DNA from: Wolbachia endosymbiont of Drosophila innubila
GTDB lineage: Bacteria > Pseudomonadota > Alphaproteobacteria > Rickettsiales > Anaplasmataceae
Assembly: GCF_021378375.1 (NCBI RefSeq)
Contig: NZ_CP076228.1
Span: forward strand, 840,001 to 872,000
Direction: 5' to 3'
DNA: 32,000 nucleotides
The notes beneath the pieces were generated by a model. The model was not told the DNA's origin and searched no databases. It saw only the letters and a program-made list of their open reading frames with translations. How positions within the stretch are numbered: the first letter of the stretch is position 1; every line of letters begins with the position of its first letter. Of the stretch, positions 19,581 to 28,804 are shown one piece after another. The position numbers were made by a program, and so were the translations under genes.

Positions 19581-19596
19581 CACTGGAATCTAGGTT

Positions 19597-19900
19597 GTAA
19601 CCGTTCACGGATTGTGAGAATGAATAAAGAACTAAGCAGTCGTAACTTTTGGAAGGGATTTTGGCCATTGAGACGTGATGTCAAAAATATCGACAACATT
19701 CTTTCCACAAATCTTTCTCCATGTTCCGACCAGGTGAAAAAGCTGTTTTTACGATAGCCGTCTAATTTGCCGTTCTGCAAGGTTGTTGATTGACTTCAGG
19801 CTTTCGTAAAAACTTCCACACCATATCCTCGGCCTTAACATCTTAATGGCCATTCTCAAACCATTTACAAGCCTTGTCATTTCATGCCCCCCCTTTTTGC
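19597..19900 (-). pseudogene. 3' fragment of an IS66-family transposase with its terminal repeat
   Basis: Minus strand reads FYESLKSINNLAERQIRRL / KNSFFTWSEHGERFVERMLSIFLTSRLNGQNPFQKL across frameshifts (IS66 C-terminal pattern); terminus GTAACCGTTCACGG at 19597. Confidence 0.75.
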
Positions 19901-19925
19901 ATTAGTTGTGTAGCATCTTTTAATA

Positions 19926-20813
19926 TTAGCAAGGCCTATAATAGTGCAACACTGCCTTACGTATTGCCAATCCAAATTCTACTTGCTGTAAAATAACACA
20001 ATCTGCTACATCGCTGCTAATCTCAATCCCTCTGTTTATTGGCCCTGGGTGCATAACAATCGCATCTGGTTTTGCGTATGATAGCTTTTGTGAATCAAGT
20101 CCATACAAATAAAAATATTCTTTCTCTGAAGAACTATTATTCATGCGCTCTTTCTGCAATCTCAAAAGCATAATTACGTCAGCATCCTTTATACCTTCAA
20201 TTAATGAATAATGGACTGAATCTACTTCAGGAAAATGCTTACAAATCAAAGTTGGTGGTGCGACCAAGTTTATCTCTGCTCCAAACATTTTTAGCAATCT
20301 TATATTTGATCTTGCAACTCTACTGTGCAGAATATCTCCACATATCACAACTTTGAGGTCCTTTATTTGCTTTTTGTGATTGCTGATTACAAGATAGTCT
20401 GCAAGAGCTTGAGTTGGATGTTCACTACTTCCATCGCCTGCATTGATTAGCGAGCAGTTAACATACTTTGCCAGTGTATTAATGATACCACTACTTTTAT
20501 GCCTGATTATTATGTAATCAGGATTCATTGCATTTAATGTTTTGATCATGTCTTTTAGATCTTCTCCCTTGTTAATAGAAGAAGATCTTATTGGCAAAGT
20601 TACAACATTTGCTCCAAGGCTTTTTGCTGCTATTTCAAAAGACGCAAGTGTACGCGTTGAATCTTCAAAGAATAAATTTATTACTGTCTTATTTTCCAAG
20701 ATATGACTATTTGCAACTTCTTTTTTAAGGTACTGGTTGGCCAACTTAGTTATATTTTCTACATCATCGACTGTAAGGTCTGAGATGTTTAACAAATTCC
20801 TTCTCTTGTTCAT
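19926..20813 (-). CDS. pyrB: aspartate carbamoyltransferase
   Basis: RRNLLNISDLTVDDVENI, FFEDSTRTLASFEIAAKSLG, HPTQALADYL, VVICGDILHSRVARSN, MHPGPINRGIEI. Confidence 0.96.
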   Translation of the reverse strand: MNKRRNLLNISDLTVDDVENITKLANQYLKKEVANSHILENKTVINLFFEDSTRTLASFEIAAKSLGANVVTLPIRSSSINKGEDLKDMIKTLNAMNPDYIIIRHKSSGIINTLAKYVNCSLINAGDGSSEHPTQALADYLVISNHKKQIKDLKVVICGDILHSRVARSNIRLLKMFGAEINLVAPPTLICKHFPEVDSVHYSLIEGIKDADVIMLLRLQKERMNNSSSEKEYFYLYGLDSQKLSYAKPDAIVMHPGPINRGIEISSDVADCVILQQVEFGLAIRKAVLHYYRPC

Positions 20814-21016
20814 AGTTTCCTTTTCAACTACTTGAACCTATTCTACTTTCTTATTACCTTTTTTCAATAGACTTCTTGTGCAGCAATTGTTTTGGTGAAA
20901 GAACGGAAAAAGATAGTAAAGTCAAAATTAAGTTAGAAGGAAGAAAAAGTTCAGCGAGTCAAGAGTAAGGTATATTAGCATAAATCTTTCATCCCAATGT
21001 TTAGTGGCGCTGGGGA

Positions 21017-22081
21017 TTACTTCCACTTACACTCATCCGCTATCATAACAGCCTCAAAAAGATGCTTCTCAAGTTCACTTAGAGGCAAATCACTTTGTGA
21101 ATAATTTCCCCAAGATTTTAGTATATCGGAAGTTTCAACGCCTTCAATAATAGGATATTCTTGGTTTTTTTTAGCGTATAACTCTTGAGCCTGCTTGCTT
21201 ACTAAAAATTCCAATAAGACTATAGCATTTTCCCTGTTTTTTGCGTTTTTTGTTACTGCTGCACCACTGATGTTTACCATTACACCGTGATCGTTGCGAT
21301 TAGGAAAAAAAGCCCCTAGCTTGTCTGCAACATTCTTTTTATTTTCTGATGAAAGAATTCTCGCAAAGTAGTAGCTGTTTACTATTGCAACATCTCCCTC
21401 ACCCGCTGCTACGGCGTAAATTTGATCAGTATCACCACCACTTGGTTTTCTTGCCATATTGCTCACAATTCCGCTTACCCATTCTTTCGTCTTTTCAAAA
21501 CCATTATTTGCAATCATAAAAGCAATTAACGATCTGTTATATGGACTTGTAGAAGAACGCACTAATATTTTTCCTTTCCATTTTTCATTTGCTAAATCTT
21601 CATAAGTACTTAAGTCCTTAGGGTCTACTGACTCTTTATTGTAAACCAATATCCTAGCTCTTTTTGTAAGACCAAACCAATAATCTTCACTGTCTCTAAA
21701 TCTTGCAGGTATAACACTTTTTAAAACCTCTGAATCTACTTGAGATAAAAGTCCTCTTTTTTTTGCTAGAATTAAGTTGATTGCATCAGCAGTCAAAAAT
21801 AAGTCAGCTTCACCACCGTTTTCCATTCGTGAAAGTAGCTGAGAATAATCATCAATGATGTAACGTACTTTAATACCTGTATTTTTCGTGAATTCATCAA
21901 ACAAAGTACGTACTAATTCTTCTTTGCGCGATGAATAAACATTTACCACTTGTGAGTCATTAGTTCCGTCGTTTCTGTATAAATAAGTAATAACTATCAA
22001 TATAATTGCTATTAAGGATGTGAATATAAAGGCTTTTTTCATATTGGATAAAAAATAACTTCTTTCAGTTAAAGTTACCAA
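21017..22081 (-). CDS. ferric iron ABC transporter, periplasmic substrate-binding protein (FbpA/FutA-like)
   Basis: VNVYSSRKEELVRTLFDEFTKNTGIKVRYI, RARILVYNKESVDPKDLSTYEDLANEKWKGKILVRSSTSPYNRSLIAFMI, VAIVNSYYFARIL, NISGAAVTKNAKN. Confidence 0.9.
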   Translation of the reverse strand: MVTLTERSYFLSNMKKAFIFTSLIAIILIVITYLYRNDGTNDSQVVNVYSSRKEELVRTLFDEFTKNTGIKVRYIIDDYSQLLSRMENGGEADLFLTADAINLILAKKRGLLSQVDSEVLKSVIPARFRDSEDYWFGLTKRARILVYNKESVDPKDLSTYEDLANEKWKGKILVRSSTSPYNRSLIAFMIANNGFEKTKEWVSGIVSNMARKPSGGDTDQIYAVAAGEGDVAIVNSYYFARILSSENKKNVADKLGAFFPNRNDHGVMVNISGAAVTKNAKNRENAIVLLEFLVSKQAQELYAKKNQEYPIIEGVETSDILKSWGNYSQSDLPLSELEKHLFEAVMIADECKWK

Positions 22082-22135
22082 GATGGTACAACTTTAGCAA
22101 GTGTAAAGTTCGTTAGATAAATCATAAAAACTTCC

Positions 22136-22419
22136 TTGACAAGCTTCGCCAGCCCCCTTATTATAACACTGAAGCTATTTATTTATCTTCGCAATCTCTG
22201 CAGTGGATTAATGACAAAAAACTTAATGTATTTGGCGTAAATCATGCTTAATTTTTTGCACTATGTGCACCTTATTTCTTTATAAAATTTCTAGGTTTTT
22301 ACCTAATATAAGCTGAAATGCGCTATTTAAAACATTAAAAAACGCCAACTTAAAAAATGGATAGTGAATAACTAGCTACCCTAGGGTTTCTTTTGCCTTT
22401 TTTTCTGTTTAGTAAATTG
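22136..22419. repeat. diverged third copy of the 6446/12181 repeat family
   Basis: CTTGACAAGCTTCGCCAGCCCCCTTATTATAACACTGAAGCTATTT...AACTAGCTACCCTAGGGTTTCTTTTGCCTTTTTTTCTGTTTAGTAAA, same orientation as 12181-12713. Confidence 0.75.
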
Positions 22420-22420
22420 T

Positions 22421-23080
22421 ATCCGTTCAGCGGAGTGGTAGAATAAGGTAGACAAAGCAAGATAATAAAGATAATCATAGAGCAAAAGTGAGGTAATGTG
22501 GTAAACCTTTGAGAACTTTGCAAAAATTTACAGCAAAAAATAGAAAAACTGAAAGCAGAGATAGAAAACTTAAAAGCAGAAAATAAAGCTTTAAAGATAG
22601 AGAACGCTGAATTAAAGGAAAGGCTCGGTTTAAATTCAAAAAACTCATCCCTGCCCAGCTCAAAAGAGCTATACAAAATAAAAAAGGACAAGCCAAAAAG
22701 CGAAAGGAATGTTGGCGATCAGGTTGGGCATAAAGGAAATTTTCATGCCACAATGGAAGCGGATAAAGTAGTAAAAATAGAGTTGCCTAATATTTGCGAA
22801 TGCGGAGGAGAGCTTGTAATATGCGAAAAACCTTATGTTCACCAAAAAGTTGATCTTCCGGAAATTAGGCCTTATGTAGTAATTGGAACATGGTCGTTGT
22901 TGGAGATGCAGAAAAAGAAAAAGTAGCAAGTTACCAGAAGGTGTTACGCCAGATACATTTGGTCCAAGGGTTAAGTCTATAATTGCAGCACTCAGCGAAT
23001 TTTACAAAAACTCAAAGCGTGAAGTGGCTAGTATCATAAATGACATTTTTAATTTGAACATAAGTGTTGGCAGCATATCA
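22421..23080 (+). pseudogene. 5' fragment of an IS66-family transposase, frameshifted and interrupted
   Basis: Terminus GTATCCGTTCAGCGG at 22421; frames read LQQKIEKLKAEIENLKAENKALKIENAELKERLGLNSKNSSLPSSKE...GHKGNF...CECGGELVICEKPYVHQKVDLPEIRPYVV and, in another frame, LPEGVTPDTFGPRVKSIIAALSEFYKNSKREVASIINDIFNLNISVGSISE. Confidence 0.85.
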
Positions 23081-23994
23081 GAGGTTGTCCGGAAACTAGT
23101 AAATTCAAGCATATTCCCTCTTTAACATAACCCTACTCATAGCTAGGTATATGAAATTCTCAGTGGATGTTGTGAGTAAATCATACTCCTTCGATAGCCT
23201 TCTATTCCTATTAACCCAAGCAAAAGTCCTTTCTACAACCCATCTTCTTGGCTGTACTTTAAACCCTTGTTCTCTTGTTGGTAGTAGCTCAGGTGGCGTA
23301 TCTTTGTGCACCCAAAATCTACATGGAGGCCTTTTAACAATTTCAATATCTATGTCATATTCTTCCTTTATGTGATTCTTTAAATTTCTTCCTTGGTATC
23401 CCATGTCAGCCCACATTTTTTAACTTTAGTATATTTTGTTCTCATATTGTTTAATGCTATTTTAATACCATCTCTATCATTTTCGTTAGCAGCGCCTACG
23501 TAACAACCTAGTATAAAACCCTGAGTGTCTGTAATTATATGCCTTTTTCTACCCTTTTTACTTTTTACTTCCATCATAGCTTTGATCCCCCTTTTCTGTA
23601 GTCTTTACAGATTGACTATCTACTATACAGGCACTCGGCTGCTCATTCTTTCCTATTTTTCTTCTACTATATTTTGTAATTTCATAATTCATTTTCTCAA
23701 AAATTCCCTGCTTCTTCCATTGCCTGAACTGCTCATACACAGTCTTCCATAGCGGAAAATCATTTGGTAAATACCGCCATTGACACCCTGTACGCAATAC
23801 ATAGAAAATTGCTTCTAATATTTCTTTTTTGCTATACTTTGGCAGCCTTCCTCCTTTCTTGTATGATACTCTGAAGTGTTTTTCTATTCTTGCCCATTCC
23901 CTTTCGCTTAGATCTGTTGGATACTTTTTTCTCATCTTTACCCCGTACTAAAATTTCAGATATTATAGCCTTTTACTTGTTTCCGGACAACCTC
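23081..23994 (-). mobile_element. IS5-family insertion sequence (IS1031-type, ISWpi1-like), 914 bp
   Basis: GAGGTTGTCCGGAAAC[T/A]AGTAAA inverted ends at 23081-23103 and 23972-23994; transposase in three overlapping frames (YPTDLSEREWARIEKHF..., KGRKRHIITDTQGFILG..., MGYQGRNLKNHIKEEY...RRWVVERTFAWVNRNRRLSKEYD). Confidence 0.9.
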
Positions 23995-23996
23995 TA

Positions 23997-24329
23997 AGTG
24001 GTGAAGACTATCAGGATCTACAAGATTTTTGTGATACGCTCACTGTAAGTAAAGTTCGTTATATTAATGAGCAGATAGCAAAAGGAAAGAACAAAACTTC
24101 TTTTGTTAAAAAACTAGCTGATATTGCAAAAGACGATCAATTAGCTCAGGAACTGCGCAATAAGCCACTGTCTAAATTTAAAGAAGAAGTTGGTGGATTG
24201 AAACAGGGACTGCATCGAAGTAATAAGGCAACTGCGATACCGACCAATTATCAATACAGCGATGTTCCGAGTGACTTCGAAGCAGAATTTAAACAAGTAC
24301 AAGATTATTTCAGAACTAGGGGATATTGA
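23997..24329 (+). pseudogene. C-terminal remnant of a phage-like gene upstream of the coat-like gene
   Basis: Open frame without a start: SGGEDYQDLQDFCDTLTVSKVRYINEQIAKGKNKTSFVKKLADIAKDDQLAQELRNKPLSKFKEEVGGLKQGLHRSNKATAIPTNYQYSDVPSDFEAEFKQVQDYFRTRGY*; its stop overlaps the ATG at 24329. Confidence 0.6.
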
Positions 24330-25768
24330 TGACTATTAAGACAAGTGCAACATATTACAGAACAACATTATTGTCGCAAAGGCTGATTGAAACTGTTTTG
24401 TTTTCAAGTCCACTCTTAGCTTATACTGGCCCTGGTGCTAATGATATTCCAAATCGCTATTCTGGACAGGATCATTTTTTAGTCCAGCCTCCTTTTATTC
24501 CTACAGCAGGAGGGTTAATCGATGATTTGGAATTTCTTACACATCATGATGACTTAAAAATTCACAAAGTTAAGCAAAAAACTATGAGAATTGACTATAA
24601 GAGAGTTTCTGGCTTGGCTGAAATTTTTGTCGATGACGTCAAATTTTTATTTAACCGCGATCAGTTCCCTAGCAATGTACCAACCAGTTTAACATCATTC
24701 ATGGAGCGCGGTGAGCGCGTTTATCAGGAATTATTAATGCAGGTGATTAGGTCAATAAATGATTATCAATTTAAGACGATAGCATCACGTGGGTTTATCT
24801 GCGCTGGCTCTACTGAAGATAGTATGTATGACTGCATAGAAGGAGAGGTACGTACACTTATCGATTATATGATTCGTGTTAATGGTGGTGTACTTAGAAC
24901 TTCAAGACTTGTAGGTTCAATGCCAAACTCTGCAATTGGAGTTTTGCGTACGAAATCAGGATTAAATTACACGCAAGCGCCGAAAAGCGATATGTTTCTT
25001 AGCGACACTAAAAACATGCTATCACCACTGACATTTGATTGTGCTGATATTTATATCGATACGTCAACTTATTTTCATAAGGCAGGTCCGGCATCTAAAG
25101 ACAAGTTAACAATAAAAGAAATTGTTAAAGAGATGGATGAATATTGTTCTATGACTGTGACTTTTGGTTTTTCTGGGTCAGTAGACATAGAGGTAGATAA
25201 TCGTTTCAATCCTGTCTTTAAAAAAGGAGATATCATTCAACTAGAGGGCAAAGAGTGGCTAGCACGAGATAGGGATGAAATACCATCAGGAGTGCCAATA
25301 GCATTCACTGTAATGAAGGATAGCACGAATGCTACTGTACAGGTGTCACCAGGTATCACCTATGGTGTTGATGTTCCGGAGAAAGAGTATTTAATAGGCG
25401 CTAAAGGAAAAGTTGTCGGAAATCACTGTAAAGCATTCTTCTGGTGGCAACCGGCTTCAATATTTAAGATTGGACCAGTGCCTGCACCTTCAACTAACAA
25501 ATATCTTTACAAGGAAATATCTGCTCCAAATGCTGCTTTTGGACCGACAAAAAATAATGCAATGTCGTTTTTGGTAGACAGCCAATATGTACTCATGAAT
25601 ACCCCATATGAATATGGTGAACTAATGGCTTACATGTATTCAGATTTCTTTCCGTTTTTTGTTGGAACTTTGATATTACCACCGAAATCACCAAAACCAG
25701 AAACTTATATTAAGACGATCAAAAATCTTTCTACTGCTGATAAGAAAGACGATAAAAAAGATGAGTGA
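24329..25768 (+). CDS. putative phage structural protein, possibly a P22-type coat-like protein
   Basis: ~479-aa ORF (MTIKTSATYYRTTLLSQRLIETVLFSSPLLAY...NPVFKKGDIIQLEGKEWLARDR...VTVQVSPG-like segment), lying in a tightly overlapping gene string; assignment rests on general pattern only. Confidence 0.4.
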   Translation: MTIKTSATYYRTTLLSQRLIETVLFSSPLLAYTGPGANDIPNRYSGQDHFLVQPPFIPTAGGLIDDLEFLTHHDDLKIHKVKQKTMRIDYKRVSGLAEIFVDDVKFLFNRDQFPSNVPTSLTSFMERGERVYQELLMQVIRSINDYQFKTIASRGFICAGSTEDSMYDCIEGEVRTLIDYMIRVNGGVLRTSRLVGSMPNSAIGVLRTKSGLNYTQAPKSDMFLSDTKNMLSPLTFDCADIYIDTSTYFHKAGPASKDKLTIKEIVKEMDEYCSMTVTFGFSGSVDIEVDNRFNPVFKKGDIIQLEGKEWLARDRDEIPSGVPIAFTVMKDSTNATVQVSPGITYGVDVPEKEYLIGAKGKVVGNHCKAFFWWQPASIFKIGPVPAPSTNKYLYKEISAPNAAFGPTKNNAMSFLVDSQYVLMNTPYEYGELMAYMYSDFFPFFVGTLILPPKSPKPETYIKTIKNLSTADKKDDKKDE

Positions 25769-28700
25769 GATAAAGACTTATGATGATAATTTCTCCAATT
25801 TACTTGTGGAAATACAAGGAATGCTTGGGATTAACTCGCGCCGTGATGCTTCTGAGCATCATGGTACGCTCGATTTGGTAAAGAGGCTTTTTTGGGAAGC
25901 TTTTGATCAGTTGCATGAAAATTACTATTGGCTGGGCTCTGATGTTATCCGGGAGTTTGAATTAGAGCCCGGTCAAACAGTTGGTGGTGGCTATTTGTGT
26001 GCGCCAAGAAGTGCGTAAGGAACAGTTGGTGAAAATCCAACACGGGTAAAGCTTAGCCGGCAACCTGGAACAAACCATTATGCTGCGTAAGGTAACGAGC
26101 GTAGTAAAGCTAATGGAATGGACAACATAGGGTGCAACGAAAGTGAAGGTATTGAGTCCCGTAATTCACGCGTCATGGGGGCTGACACTTTACATTTGGT
26201 GGAAGGCAACATGGGTAATAACGCTAAGGCAAGATATTACTCACCTCATCGGGATCGAAGGCCGCGTCATGTGTTGAGATGGACCTTACGTGAACTTGGG
26301 AGATCCTTTGTATTCCTGTAAGGGTACTCTGGAACAAGTCAATAAAGGCGAGGACTGGAGGAAGATGCAAAGGAAGTCGGACTAATTGATAGTACTCGAG
26401 TGTGGGAAAGCCACATACAAGGGAAGCGGTTAGCAATATAGTGACTGGTATAGGGATTGCTATACCAATACAACAGAGATTAGAGGAGTATGCAAGGAAA
26501 ACTAAACCAGATAGCAGTAAGGGCTAAGCAAGATAAGCGAGTAAAATTTACATCATTAGTTCATTTGATTAATGAAGAGAATCTTGCAGAGTGTTATAAG
26601 GAACTAAAACGCAACAAGGCTTGTAGTATAGATCGTGTGACAGTGGAAGCTTATGGAGAAAATCTAGAAGAGAAACTTAAAACACTAGTGGATAGTATGA
26701 AGAGAAAACAATATCAACCGCTACCAGTGAAAAGGGTATACATACCCAAAGCCGGGAGCAAAGAGAAGCGCGGTCTCGGAATACCATCAACGGAAGATAA
26801 GTTGGTACAGGTAATGCTAAAGAAGATATTAGAAAATATTTATGAAGCAAACTTTATGGACAGCTCGTATGGATTTCGACCAGGAAGAAATTGTCATCAG
26901 GCGATAAACGCTCTAGATAAAGCAGTTATGCACAAACCAATTAACTATATTGTAGAAGTGGATATCAAGAAGTTCTTTGATAATGTTCAACATAAATGGC
27001 TAATGAATTGTCTAAGGGAACGAATAGCTGACCCAAATTTATTGTGGTTAATAAAACGATTTCTAAAGGCAGGAATAGTCGAAGTTGGATGTTATAAAGC
27101 AACCGATCAAGGCACACCACAAGGTGGTATAGTAAGCCCTGTATTAGCTAATATATACTTACACTATGTGCTGGACTTATGGTTTGAAAAGAAATTTAAG
27201 CCAAAAGCCAGAGGATATTTACAGCTAATAAGGTTTTGCGACGATTTTGTAGTTGGCTGCGAGAGGGAAGAAGACGCAAAAGAATTTCTAGAATTACTGA
27301 AACAAAGACTAAGTAAATTTGGGTTGGAAATAGCTGAAAATAAAACAAAAAATAGTAAAGTTTGGTAAGAAAGAATGGTATCAAGCAGAAAGAGAGAAAC
27401 GTAGGACGGCTAGCTTCAACTTTCTAGGATTTACACATTATTGTGGAAAAAGTCGTAATGGTAAACTTATGATGAAGCAGAAAACTTCAAAAATAAGCCT
27501 AGCCAGAAAGATTAAAGAAATCAAAGAATGGTTGAAGATGGTACGAAGTCGTATCTGTTTCAAAGATTGGTGGCAGAAACTTAAAGCCAAACTAACAGGA
27601 CACTATAGCTACTTCGGAGTTAGCGGAAATTATCGGTGTTTGATTCAATTCTATCGACCGGTAACAAAGTTAGCATTTAAGTGGATAAACCGACGTAGTC
27701 AAAAGAAAAGTATGGATTGGGAACAATTTATACACTATTTAAAAGTAAATCCATTACCAAAACCAAAGGTATATGTTTCTTTATACACAGGAGCACTAGT
27801 GTGAACGCTGTATTGTGGAGCCGTGTGCGGGAAATCCGCAAGCACGGTTCTTTTGGGGAGACTATGGTTATGAGACCAAATCGCTGGTTTCAAGGTCATG
27901 AGTCTCTACCAGACTAGACAGGTTAAAAAACAAGAAAAACAATAAAGAAATTCTTAAGGCTTGGTATGACGTTCAAAATGGTTATGAAGACGATGAAAGT
28001 CAAAAAATAGTTGATGATTTTATTTCAGAAGTAAGTATTCCTTTAATGAGAAAATTATTGAGTATTACTTCTCAATATAGTGAACAAATTGTGCTGACGT
28101 TAATGAAAAATATTAGCTCTATAAAGTTAAATAAATTACAATGTTGTGAGCTGGTTCAGCACATGAGAAATAAACTGCAGGAGCATGATTTAGATGACCA
28201 AGAAAGTTTACTCGAAAACATCGGAAAAAAAGTATTCTTAGAGCTATTAAATCGAGATCTACTCGAGACAGATTTTTCTCTCAAGGATTCATCTTTGGAT
28301 GGAGCTAAGAGAATAGCTAATAAGATAATAGAAGAAGAAGTAGCAGAATTTAAATTAAAGGCTGAGAAGACTATTGAAGGTCAGATAATTAGCATGTTAG
28401 ATGGGTTAAGAATGCTCCCAAGAGAAAAAAGATGTTATAGGGTATATGTAGAACTCAGTAAAAATAACGAAAATGATAAGGAAAAAATAAAGAAAATTTT
28501 GCAAGAAAGGTTAAAAGTAACAAAAGCAGCAATGGATGAAATGTTAAAAAAAGGAGCTTCACATAAGCTAGAGTTAGAAATTGAAAGTGTATATGAAGGA
28601 AATAAAGATCACGTTACTCAACTTTATGAAAAAATAAGAGAAACAAAAAAGGAATTCATTGAAGATGGTCTTTTAACACCTCAAGAAGTAGAGAATATAA

Positions 28701-28804
28701 CAAAAGCAAAAATCATAGACTTAAACAAAGAGGACAAAATCATACCGTCAAGCAATTTGTCTCGTAGTTTAAGTGTCAATAATTTGGCAGTACATTATCT
28801 ATAA
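25761..28804 (+). CDS. intron-split phage-like gene; exon 1 25761-25996, exon 2 27910-28804 under the preferred splice model
   Basis: Frames of the 85-aa ORF (25761-26018) and the ORF ending at 28804 are rejoined exactly (236 + 895 = 1131 nt, 376 aa plus stop) if 25997-27909 is removed; exon 2 is open from 27911 through 28804. Confidence 0.6.
26490..27804 (+). pseudogene. ltrA: group II intron reverse transcriptase/maturase, single frameshift
   Basis: SSYGFRPGRNCHQAINALDKAV, YIVEVDIKKFFDNVQH, TDQGTPQGGIVSPVLANIYLHYVLD, LIRFCDDFVVG; C-terminal part (KFGKKEWYQAEREKRRTASFNFLGFTHYCGKSRNGKLMMKQKTS...GHYSYFGVSGN) lies in another frame. Confidence 0.9.
27818..27850 (+). ncRNA. group II intron domain V
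   Basis: GAGCCGTG...CACGGTTC lower helix with GCGG/CCGC upper helix. Confidence 0.92.

Larger units (their letters stand above)
25997..27909 (+). mobile_element. group II intron with a disrupted intron-encoded protein
   Basis: 5' GTGTG (alternative GTGCG at 26011); RT ORF 26490-27368; domain V hairpin GAGCCGTGTGCGGGAAATCCGCAAGCACGGTTC at 27818-27850; domain VI-like stem GAGACT...AGTCTC; 3' end ...CTCTAC. Confidence 0.9.

Noticed and set aside
22350-22929. Hydrophobic minus-strand ORFs (22350-22691, 22475-22753, 22669-22929)
   Set aside because: Antisense of the lysine/glutamate-rich IS66 transposase coiled coil; apparent hydrophobicity is a codon-complement artefact.
25761-26018. 85-aa ORF as a standalone small protein
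   Set aside because: Its last codons are intron sequence; it is better explained as exon 1 of an intron-split gene.
26118-26321. 67-aa and antisense 70-aa ORFs at the intron 5' region
   Set aside because: They fall in the structured RNA part of the group II intron (domains I-III), so coding is unlikely.
24329-28804. Cytoplasmic incompatibility or toxin-antitoxin locus near the phage remnant
   Set aside because: No deubiquitinase, nuclease or ankyrin-type motifs recognised; the proteins look structural or uncharacterised.
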